Shown: positions 53,301 to 64,000 of the stretch, piece after piece
How the letters are laid out: every line of letters begins with the position of its first letter
Numbering within the stretch: the stretch's first letter is position 1
Source of the DNA: Saccostrea cucullata
Lineage: Eukaryota
Length of the DNA stretch: 64,000 bases
Assembly (NCBI RefSeq): GCF_032062105.1
Contig: NW_026926569.1
Coordinates: forward strand, 124,001-188,000
Direction: 5' to 3'
The notes under the pieces: model-generated
Seen by the model: the letters and a program-made list of their open reading frames with translations, nothing else
Told to the model about the DNA's origin: nothing
The model's database searches: none
Translations under genes and position numbers: made by a program

Positions 53301-56300
53301 ATTATTTTATAGTATTAATTTGAAGAAGTAATATATAGGAATAAGACTACCGGTACTTACCTACAACAAGTCTGTTGTCATTGAAAGGATCCCAGGCATA
53401 ATCTGTAACCTTAGTATGGTGCTCTAGGTTTGGTATTCCTGTGTCTGGAAGCTTACCAGGACTATTCAGCTACAGATAAAATGTTTACAGGTCATTCTTA
53501 TTTCTAAGTGACTCAATAAAGTTCCAAAATAAACAATACATGTTAAATTTTATTCAACATGCAACGTACCAATAAAACAATAAATTCTGAAGAAAAAATA
53601 TTTCAATACAGAAATAAAAATGAATTTTTATGTTATTTTTATTTTATATTTCATTTTACTGATGGTGGAAAAAAACCCACATGTATTGTAAAATTACTTA
53701 GTCTTAGCCATTTTTTTTTTGGGGGGGGGGGGGGGGTGAGGGGGTGGGGGGTTCATACAATATATTGAATAACTTATCATTCTAATAATTTTACCTCAAA
53801 AACAGAAAGGAGTCCCCCTGAGCCCTCAATGGGAACAACACACCGCGCTTTGTTGGCGACAAAGAAATTACTCTCCCCCGGTACTGTCCTGTCCAGCTTC
53901 CTGATGTTCTCAATGTGGGTACTGCGATGGAGGGTCTTACACTTCAGGTGTTTAAATTTGGATTGTCTCACACCTGGTAACAGATTAAAAAGTCTGTTTA
54001 CATGTAAATTTCATTTTAAAAGGTTAGATTTAAGGCTAATAGGAAGAACCTCTTTTTGGATTAGATTTTTTTTCAATGCCTGTGATAAAAGTGAGATTTT
54101 CTAAAAAAAAAAAAAAAGAAACATAATCTACCAATTTTAAGGTAAATGAAGTTGAAATGTTTTCTTTTTCTTGAAATTGTCTTTGTAGTATTGTGATAAA
54201 CTTAAATTGATGAGAAAGAGAGGGAAAGAAAAAATTAAAAGGAAGAGGTCAAATGTATTTGAAGCATTGCAAGTATAACCAGAACTCATCACACACATTA
54301 TTTTCTTCTCCCACCTGAGAAAATTTTGGCTGAGACTTTTTTCTGTACATCCTCCCGGTGTTCTGCTTCCACTTTGTCTTCGTCTGTGATGTCATCACCG
54401 ATGACGTCTGCTGCTTTCTCCTCATCTGTGAGATTGTGTACCGGACTCTGTTCCTGAGGAGTTGTCTTTGGAATGTTGTCTGCTTGTGTAGGACTTTTCT
54501 TGGGAGTTTCCACCTGTGAGGATTCATGTTTTTTTTTTTAATTTAAGGATCAATTTTTTCTTACTTTATCATACATGCATACATGTATATCTAAAATGTC
54601 TCAGACTATTTTTAATCCCTCTGATGGTACTCAGCATTACACACTTCATTCATCAAAAGATCAGTCAAAATACGCCTGTACCTTAACTGAACCTAACTAA
54701 AATTTCATCAGAATTATAAGTGAATTTACCTGGTTACTTGGGTTTGACACTTTGGTACTCCCTCCTGATTGGTTGGTTACATTTACACTGGCTCCTCCCA
54801 CTCCTTCCTTTACAGGACTAGGCTGTAATCCTAATCCCTTCCTACTTCCTACAGCTGCCTTTCTTTGTGGATTCAAACTTACTAATTTCCTCTGTTTAAA
54901 AAAATTTCAAAATCTTTAAAAAAAATTTGTGCATTAAAAGATCTGGTGAAATGACATTTAAGTACAAGTACTGGTAAAATTATTTCATTGTGAGTACCGT
55001 ATATACTCGCCTATAAGTCGGTCCGCCTATAAGTCGGTTGTATACTCACCGTCAATAGAAACGCAACACCCAAATTTAAGGGGTGAAAATTATATACGGG
55101 ATTTTACTATGTACCAAAAAAGTTAGAAAATCTTTTACTTTGCCAAATCAGTTATTTAACGGTTGAATGATTTTCATTTCATTACCGGAAGTTGATTTTT
55201 AGCTCCCTGAACAGAAATAAAAAATTAGCATTTTTAATAAAATTATTGACAATAGTTTGGGTTTTTAAGGTTTTGTACCTGTTAATTATAAGTCTTGTAC
55301 CCAAAGTCCGGAAAAAATATCCTTCTTTCTCTTTCGGATGTGATGCCTGTATTTCCTCAAATTAACTGAAAGCACGCATTTTCATTGTTAATGTTGGAAA
55401 TTTTCAAAATAAAGAAAAGGGAGAGCTACAGATGCAAATATACACTACATAACGACTTTTCGGGCTCATGTGTTTCAAAAGCATGAATGACAGTTCCTTG
55501 ACCGGAAGTCCAAGGGTTACTACACTACGCCAAGTTAGAGAAAATTGAGACCTGTACCAAAAACAGGCATTTAAAAAAGGACAAGAATATTTATTTCGCT
55601 CAGATTAAGACATTGATAAACTTACCATCCGTGGTAGTCAATTAGGGCTGCTTATGTTGTACAAGGCTGACTAGCACGTTTTAATTGAATGGTCGGAAGG
55701 GGGGATGTTTTAGAGTTATGTGTTACTTTATAAGGTTTAAAGATAAGATTAAGAATGAATACATAAATTTAAAAAGTAAATTTACAAAACAATGATACTT
55801 CATTTAAACTTAAAATGTTATCTTTAGAACTTAGAAAGTAACACATAACTTTTAAAACATCCCCCCTTCCGACCATTCAATTACAACGTGCTATCAGCCT
55901 TGTACAACATAAGCAGCCCAAATTCTACCATGCAGTAAGTTTATCAATGTCTTAATCTGAGCGAAATAAATATTCTTGTCCTTTTTTAAATGCCTGTTTT
56001 TCAGATACTAAGCTCGAATTTTCTCTAACTTGGCGTAGTGTAGTAACCCTTGGACTTCCGGTCAAGGAACTGTCATTCATGCTTTTGAAACACATGAGCC
56101 CGAAAAGTCGTTATGTAGTGTATATTTGCAACTGTAGCTCTCCCTTTTCTTTATTTTGAAAATTTCCAACATTAACAATGAAAATGCGTGCTTTCAGTTA
56201 ATTTGAGGAAATACAGGTATCACATCCAGAAGAGAAAGAAGGATATTTTTTCCGGACTTTGGGTACAAGACTTATAATTAACAGGTACAAAACCTTGAAA

Positions 56301-59300
56301 ACCCAAAATATTGTCAATAATTTTATTAAAAATGCTAATTTTTTATTTCTGTTCAGGAAGCTAAAAAACCAACTTCCGGTAATGGAATGAAAATCATTCA
56401 ACCGTTATATAACTGATTTGGCAAAGTAAAAGATTTCCTAACTTTTTTGGTACATAGTTAAATCCCGTATATAATTTTCACCCCTTAAATTTGGGTGTTG
56501 CGTTTTTATTGACGGTGAGTATATTTTTTGACGTTATTTTGGGGAGATTTGCTATTGACCCGCTTGTAAGTCGGTACAATAATTTTTCCAAAATCTAGTG
56601 ACAATTTCATGTAAATTCATTAATATTTTAACCTGGTTTCCATTAATATTTTTCGAAATGACACTGATATTTAATCTTAAATTATAAAACAAAAAAGCAA
56701 TGCCCACTTTAAATTATTAAAATATGTAAATACATTGTACTTAAACTCTATCTATATAATCTAAGAATACATAAATAATCTCATATATTCAGACATTTTC
56801 TTCGAAAATCATCGGATATGCAAATAAGATACTACATTTCAGCCACCAGAAAAATACCAATCTCTTTATGACTCGCCTGTAAGTCGGACATAGAGTTTTA
56901 GACCAATATTTAACTCCCAAAATACCGACTTATAGGCGAGTATATACGGTACATTTTTAAAAATAAAATACCTGTCCGTTGGCCCCAGAAAACCATTCAC
57001 TAGCATGTAAACCTGGCTCTTCAGAAAAAGTGTCAGGAAATAAGTCATCATGGAACTCTATATAATTCTGCAAAAAGACAATACAGGTAAATCGTTTCAA
57101 CATTTCCTCATCAATTTACAGTAAAAATTGCTTATAACAAACAAATACCAGTGAAGGAAAAACCTGCTTAAATCAAAATCACACTTTAGTTATTAGGAAT
57201 TTCAAACTGACAGTAATGATATCCAAAATTTCACACTTTACTTTAACACTCCTACCTTTCTGGGTACAATATAGGGTACTGGAATGACCGCCTGTTTGGT
57301 CAGTATAAGTAACCTATTGACCTCCCCTTCCATGACATTTAGCGCCCTCTTTGGCACCATGCCAATCCCCTTAACTTGCTCTGTCCTGGTCACATTATCT
57401 TAAAAAAAGACCAATCAGAATTCACAAACTAGTTCTATCCATTTTTTTGGAATACCACATAACATCAAAAGACTGTAGAATGAATAGGCCTCATTCTACC
57501 TTGTAGTTTCAAGTGACATGACTAGTACATGTAGTGTTTAAAACCTGATTTTGAAAATGTGAAAAACATTGCCTTCTTATTCTTATATATAACATGTATG
57601 TGATGAAATAGAAACATTACTTACTTTCTGTGAGAGACGAATCTTTTTCTGATATTTCATAATACCGAACATTACTGTCACCCTGCACATGAAAAAAAGA
57701 TCCTGTTTGTCAACTATGATTCTCCAATGCAAATTATGATAACATGGAGAGACATTTTAAAAAATACTTATTGTGCTGGCAACATTGCATTAGATACTGA
57801 ATCTAAAATATTATATTTCATTCGTGAAATTTAAGAATTTAGTTGCAATTTTTCAGCACAACAAGGAATTTTTCAGTATGTAATAAATGTAATGCTTACT
57901 CCTTACTTTGTTGGTGATATGCAAAAATACTCCAATTACATATGTATATTCGGTTAATACACTTTTGCCTTGCACCAAAGAGAAAATGATATGATAAATA
58001 TGTAAAATATAAGTGATTCATAATATATATATAGCATGTTCCATAGTTTCTTGACTCTCTTTACCTTTCCAGATAAGAAGAGCATACCAGTATCAGCATC
58101 ATATAATGGAATCAAAGTTCTGAAAGAAAAAATAAATTCAAAGTTACAAGACAGTACACACTGAAAAAGCTTTATATTCAATCCACAGAGAAGAGATACA
58201 GACCCAGTAGAAGAATCAATGCCCACTGTGGAGACGGAGGAGGAAAAATTTCTCAGGTCCCACAACTTCACCTCCCTCTCTCTGGACTACAAAACAACAG
58301 CAAGATTGATTAATGTTCTAATATAATTCAGGTATATTTAAATTAGGCTCCCAAAACAGAAATTCTGATTAATAGTTTTATTTACTAAAGCTTACTAAAA
58401 ATGGCAAATAGCTCTCACATAATAAACATATTGTGAACATTATGAGGAAAAATTTGAATGGCAAAGTAAACTTGAACTTTTGGCTCACATGGACCAGAAT
58501 CAACAGAGTTACTGTGTAAAATATGAATTAAGCACTTTGGTACATATCTTACTCTGCTAAAACCAGTGGTACATATTATGTCTTTATCACCCAACCAGAG
58601 AGCACGAGAATCTCTCATATTATCATGACCCTGAGTTTCCTACAGCAAAAGAAATATTTACATGGATTATATTATTAATATTTACATGTATTTAAGATAT
58701 CATATCATAGGAATCTGATACAATGTATTCACTCAACAATTCTGGATTTATTGATCAGAACATTTGATCACATAAAATACAAAATAATTTTTTCCTTGTA
58801 TCAAACTGACCAAAGCTGTTTTGCTGATTTGAGGCATTTTTCTGCATCATATCTTGTAATTTAAAAATAGACTTGTTCCAAATTAAACAAATAAAATGTA
58901 ACACAGTATTTCTAAACAAACAAAAATTTTCAGGAAGTTTACCTGAACAACAGAACTGGCCCTTGGATCTATGATCCGGAGGCGCTTATCCTTACAGGAC
59001 GTCACAAACACTTGTCCATTACCTCGCCAGCTGAGGCTCTGGATCTGGTCCTTGTGGTCAGAGAGTGCTGTATATTTAAAAATAACGCTATAGATTTAAA
59101 TACATACTCATGTACATATATGTAGCTAAGATCCTCTCTAAGAATTTTTTTTTGGTTTATATTTTACTTCAATTGTCTTTCATATGTAAATCATATTGAA
59201 ATACTTGGTTTATTTTAGATTCTTTTACACAATTTTCTTTCCCTCTTTCCCACTTTCTCACTCTCAATATCTCTCTCTCTCTCTCTCTCATGACTCTATA

Positions 59301-61906
59301 TCTCTCTAACTCTCTATATATCTCTGTCTCACACAATTTCTATCACACTTACATATGTACACACTCTCTCCCTCACATTACATTCTTTAGTAAATATCTG
59401 TAACATACACAGTTTTTCCTCTTGGTTTGTGACATCAAACAGAGAGACAGAGTCCTGACTGGTGTAAGTCAGCACAGCCTCTGCTACTGGGTTCCACGTG
59501 ACGTTCTCTATCTTACGATTCTGTTTAGGGACAACCACCACTGGGTTCAAGGTAGACAACTCATCAAGTTTGTCTTCCTCTGGCAATAGCCATACTTTAA
59601 CCTTCAGAGATAATATATATATAAATACAAATGTTTTCCATACCTGGGCTTAATTATTTCTTCATTAATTATTCGGAAAAATATTGCAAATTTGCAGTTA
59701 TTATTTACTTGATACCAAGCACTAATATGTGTATAAAAAAACAAACCCTGTAAAAGACTAAATTTTCAGTCTTGGAATCATCAAAAAGTATCAATTTTTA
59801 TTCATTGTTTTATTTTGAATCTATTTCTTTTTTTTTAAGTTACAATCTATAATTTTTATTATGAATAATTTTAGGACTTTGGGGGGGGGGGGGGGTAAAA
59901 CTCACTGAGTTGTCAGATGATCCTGTGGCCAAGAGATAATCATCGAAGGGAGAGAACTCAAAGTCTGTCACAAAATCTGAAATTTCAAAATCATTCAGAA
60001 ATGACAAAAAACCCTTATACATATATCATTTTGAAATCAATGCTTGATTTTATATGGAAACATATTGGACAAAATCTGTAAAAATTATGCAAAACTGCAT
60101 GGAAATTCATGCAAAAATTAAAACATTAATGCAAAACAACACCAGCTTCTAAAAAATATACATTATTCCTGGGTTTTTTTCACAATTAGCTCCAATTCCA
60201 AAATGCAATAAAAAAATTTCTATCTCTATCAAGAGCAAGACCAAAAACATGCTTTTACTTCTTTCAAACCACAGAAATATTGACATGCTTTATACAGGCC
60301 TAAAACACTTTGTATTGATCCTTCTAAAATGATCTTAGCTTGGAATACATTGACATTTTTTTAGCTGCTTTCATCACTTGACTTTGCTGTCATGCAGTAA
60401 GTTAACTGACCACCATGAGCTGGCAACAATGGCAAACCATTCACAAGCCTTCCAGAGCTACTTACAGGCAACAAACCCAGGTTACCTCCCCCTGAAAAGA
60501 ATTTTTTTTTTTTAAATTAATTTCCATTTATAAGACAAACAACAACAAAAAATCAAAGTTGAAATACATTTACAACTCCAAAAGCCTAAAGTGTTGAAAA
60601 TCTGTTCCTTTTTATTTTGTTAAGAACATTAAAATTTAATAACTGATTATTAGCAAAGATCATTTGAATGTTTATACATGAAGTTTTATTCAATGATATT
60701 AATGCAAGTGAAAATCAAACAAACCTACCTGATGAATCAATGTTAAACGTCATATAAATGCATCCAGCTTTAATGTGATTACCACTGCACTGCATCAAAT
60801 TCCCTGCAGAAATATCGCCAATCCATTCCTGAATAGAAGGTATGATGCAGAATGAGAAATATGGGTATGTTTTAATTTATTTTTTAAAAAATAACTTGTC
60901 AATTTAATGCTACAGAAAAAGGAAGTGCATTTGTTAGAGCATATATATTTTCTGGGTTAATTCTAATTATGTTCATTTTTTTTAATCTCAGTAAATTTCC
61001 CAGATCATGCTAATCCTTCCACCCCCTTCCCACTTTTTGTTGCTGTTAGGTCAGTGCACTACAGGGAATTGTAATTTTCAGGATGTGGACAGTTAATTAG
61101 GGGGACTGTAACATCATTATAGAAAGTTGCCCCCATCCCCATTCCATTTTTTTGGTCAGTTAAGCCCCCCTCCCACTTTTGAAACCATTGTTCTTTATTT
61201 TCATGGAACTTCAAGATGAACTATACATTAATTTCAACATTCATTCACCATCATATGATCTTCCTTGATTTTATTTATCCCTATTTATAAAATTTATCAT
61301 TACCCCTCAAGACCCTAGAGCAGGGTACATCCGGTGTAATGTCAGCGTTTATTTAAGATGTTCATGTTCATAGGGACTAAATATATTTTGGATTTAATAA
61401 AATCGTGACGTCCGTCATGTTTTAACTTGTTTAAAGCCAAAATTTTTAGTCCCTGAGACGACATAGCATATCAAATGTGTGCTGACATTACATCCAGTGA
61501 TCCCTGGCAGTTTTTTTATTGCCACTTTCCAGGCATGATGATATGTCATGGCACCTTGGGTAATAAGAGCTAGATTCCATCAAGAACACAGTAGCTAGGG
61601 CTTGTGTCAAGTCACAGTTTGATGACACATTCTAACTACAACCTAATATAGAACTTTATGCCACTATGAATGAGACTTTCTGAACTTTATATACAGTATA
61701 CAGCAATGAACGTTACATGGAACTATTCTGAAGCAATAGAAATTATAACATGCAACAATCAGACACAGAGCTTCATTATTGACATTAAAATAATTATTCC
61801 CTAGCTGGGTCAAAATACTTCCAATTTTAAAAAGAAAAGGTACCTCTTTTTTAACTGTTCTTGGAGCTGCATTTTTATATTTTGAAGCCTTAAATCGCCA
61901 GGCCAT
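47374..61906 (-). CDS. CORO7: Coronin-7 (tandem WD40 coronin, POD-1 ortholog), ~25 exons
   Basis: N-terminus MAWRFKASKYKNA; DFVTDFEFSPFDDYLLATGS; RDSRALWLG; TLIPLYDADTGMLFLSGK; second repeat RQSKFKHL; FHPLARDI; FFQDDLFPDTRVTWEP; acidic end DPLPQDLAEGVDEDEW|DD-stop (last exon 47382-47374). Confidence 0.95.
48712..49094. mobile_element. Tigger-like MITE with a nested TA-flanked MITE (48765-48972) in a CORO7 intron
   Basis: CAGTCAAACT...AGTTCAACTG|TA outside; TA|CTGTGAAATCACA...TGTGATTTTACAG|TA inside. Confidence 0.7.
54997..56949. mobile_element. pogo-like MITE (CCGTA termini, TA TSD) in a CORO7 intron
   Basis: TA|CCGTATATACTCGCCTATAAGTCGG...CCGACTTATAGGCGAGTATATACGG|TA. Confidence 0.85.
55043..56521. 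mobile_element. 1.48-kb foldback (Tc1/mariner-like, TA-flanked) with ~700-bp arms, nested in the pogo-like MITE
   Basis: TA|TACTCACCGTCAATAGAAACGCAAC...GTTGCGTTTTTATTGACGGTGAGTA|TA. The arms pair inward to ~55750/55815. Confidence 0.9.
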
Positions 61907-62430
61907 CCTGCTACCTGAGATGACAATGACAACTGAAATAAAGAAAATCTGTCAAAATGAGATGCTGACATATACACTATCTTCGAGGAAATTCGAGTAA
62001 GTGGGCGGGTACGATACAGTGTGTTTCTTTGCAACTTTGATGCATGGATCGAAGATGATTACCTTATTGATTGAAAAATTTTGTAATCGAGATTATAATA
62101 TCATTTTTCTGTAAATTATAGCTGAGTAAATCCCTAAACAATCGCAGGACCCCCGGTTCGCTGTTTCTGTTTCCTCAACTTTTGTTTCCGGGTTTGGTTT
62201 TATACTTTATTGTATTTTTTAGAGAACCAAAAGGACATTCGGATTTCAGTAAATTCCTCAAATTAATGCTAAACAAATGATATATTCCAAACTTAATATA
62301 CTTTATTTTCCAAGTATAATATAACCTAGAAAATTCATTTAAATAAAAATAAATGAGAATTTTAAACATATTTTAATGACGGATTTTCGGAAGTGAGATT
62401 TTCATCCCATTTGTGTGACATTGAAACAGC
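61907..62430. promoter_or_regulatory. Putative bidirectional promoter between CORO7 and DNAJA3
   Basis: Divergent ATGs 524 bp apart; GGGCGG at ~62003 and ETS-type CGGAAGTG at 62388-62395. Confidence 0.6.
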
Positions 62431-64000
62431 ATGGCGACCCTCAGACAGGCATGCCGTCGGTGGCCCTTGAAAAAACTCAGTTTCTCTGAGAACAACAGCA
62501 AGCTTCTCAACATTTCGGTTGAGAATGTTGGCACCTTTTCAGTTTGTGCCTCCTCGTCTTTCTCTAAATTGCATCAGTCTCAGGACAAATCCAGAGGTGA
62601 GAATAGAAAATTAACCAGTGACCCTAGTTTTATCATGTGTATAACTGTATTGCGTCACATGAATTTAATATACCCATGAATTTAAACATATCATTTAAAG
62701 AATTTTTGAGAAAAAATCAAAAGAGAATTAATGTAATTTATTGATAAAGGTAAACTCTTCTCAAGCGAAATAGAAATGAATTTTACAGGTATGCATAATC
62801 TGTTGCATAATCTTATATAACTCTGCCAAGGACATTGATTTAAACAATTTGGTACTACATTTTGAATCATATTTTAAAAAAGAAGTAGAAAACAATTGAA
62901 ATGCAACCCCGATTGAACAAAAATGATTTTTTTCATTGGATATCTTAGTTGATATCTTTTCCAATAATAATTTTCATAAATCAGACATGCATGTAGAATA
63001 TTCTAGACAGAAAGATGTATTAACCAGATTCTGTTATCCGTTCGGCATTGATAAATAAGTTGAATCTCAGTCAGCAATCTGAGCAAGCATGCATCAAAAT
63101 TGCACCAAAGATAATTCAATTTAATAATTGCAATCCATTTTGAACTTGCAATTTTATGCCATTTACATTTACAATTAATAAAGAGATTTTTTTTCTTTCT
63201 CCACATCATCTGGCATGTTGAAATGTTTCTGTTGCAGTGAGTGTACCAAAAAGTACATTTCTTGAAAGAAAGACATTTCACACTTCCTCATTGAACTTTA
63301 AAGAAGACTATTACAAGATACTAGGGATACCTAGGACTGCTGATCAGAAGGAAATCAAAAAGGCCTATTACAAGGTTCGAAATTGGGCATCACTGGGCAT
63401 AGCTATTTTAATCTTTATGCTTTTTACATCTGTGTATTAATGTGACACCAGTGTGTACCTTGTATGCAATAAACTTAGCCACAATTTGCATGAAAAGAAG
63501 CTATTGTGTTATCGAAATGTCTGCTTAAATGATCTCATTTTTAAATGTCCCATTTAAGATTTTTCAAGATTATGCAAAGCATATATTGAAAGTTGAAAAG
63601 GTAATAGTCTTTTAATAGGATTGGTACAAGTAAGACATTTTCAGGATTTTAAACCACACCTTTATCCATAATGTAAGCATTTGTTAAATATGATTTCAGC
63701 TTGCCAAAAAGTATCATCCAGATGTAAACAAAGACAACAAAGAAGCTGCCAAGAAATTCCAAGAGGTTGCAGAAGCCTATGAGGTATGATTTTGAAAATA
63801 AAAATAGGTTAAAAATGAGAGTGCCATTTCAGATGTAAAAGTTGCAGGAAGAAAAAGTTGTTAATCAGGAACTGTTTTATTCTGCAATTTATACTGCTGA
63901 ACAGACTGTATATTACAGAATTTTGAAGAACCTGTAAATTTCTTTTTCTATATTTCTTTTTGTTTCAGGTGTTAAGCGATGATTCAAAAAGAAAACAGTA
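62431..64000 (+). CDS. DNAJA3: Mitochondrial DnaJ homolog subfamily A member 3 (Tid1), 5' part; exons 62431-62596, 63238-63375, 63700-63783, 63970->64000
   Basis: Arg/Ser-rich transit-like N-terminus, RKTFHTS, then J domain [24 protein letters not shown]|[11 protein letters not shown]...[10 protein letters not shown]|[10 protein letters not shown]. Confidence 0.88.

Overview
AT-rich, intron-rich eukaryotic DNA. It is most likely an oyster or other bivalve, inferred from tandem coiled-coil + C1q genes and Helentron-type elements carrying the 166-bp oyster satellite unit. Host genes: three C1q-domain paralogs (the first frameshifted); an 8-exon orphan gene (568 aa, minus strand) with a triplicated exon pair carrying LxxIxE + Tyr motifs; a small 4-exon type I membrane proteoglycan-like gene; coronin-7 (minus strand); and the 5' part of DNAJA3/Tid1, head-to-head with coronin-7. 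The dominant structure is a 14.1-kb ISL2EU-type (PIF/Harbinger-related) DNA transposon at 3002-17086. It encodes a decayed THAP-DDE transposase and a convergent, decayed YqaJ (lambda-exonuclease family) gene. It is bounded by ~0.9-kb terminal inverted repeats made mostly of mirror-ordered 21/22-bp tandem arrays, and it sits in the terminus of a second foldback element whose arms are arrays of a 22-bp palindromic unit. The rest is dense with MITEs, HINE/Helentron elements, a tRNA-derived SINE and LINE fragments. All coordinates and splice models were read by eye; nothing was searched against a database.
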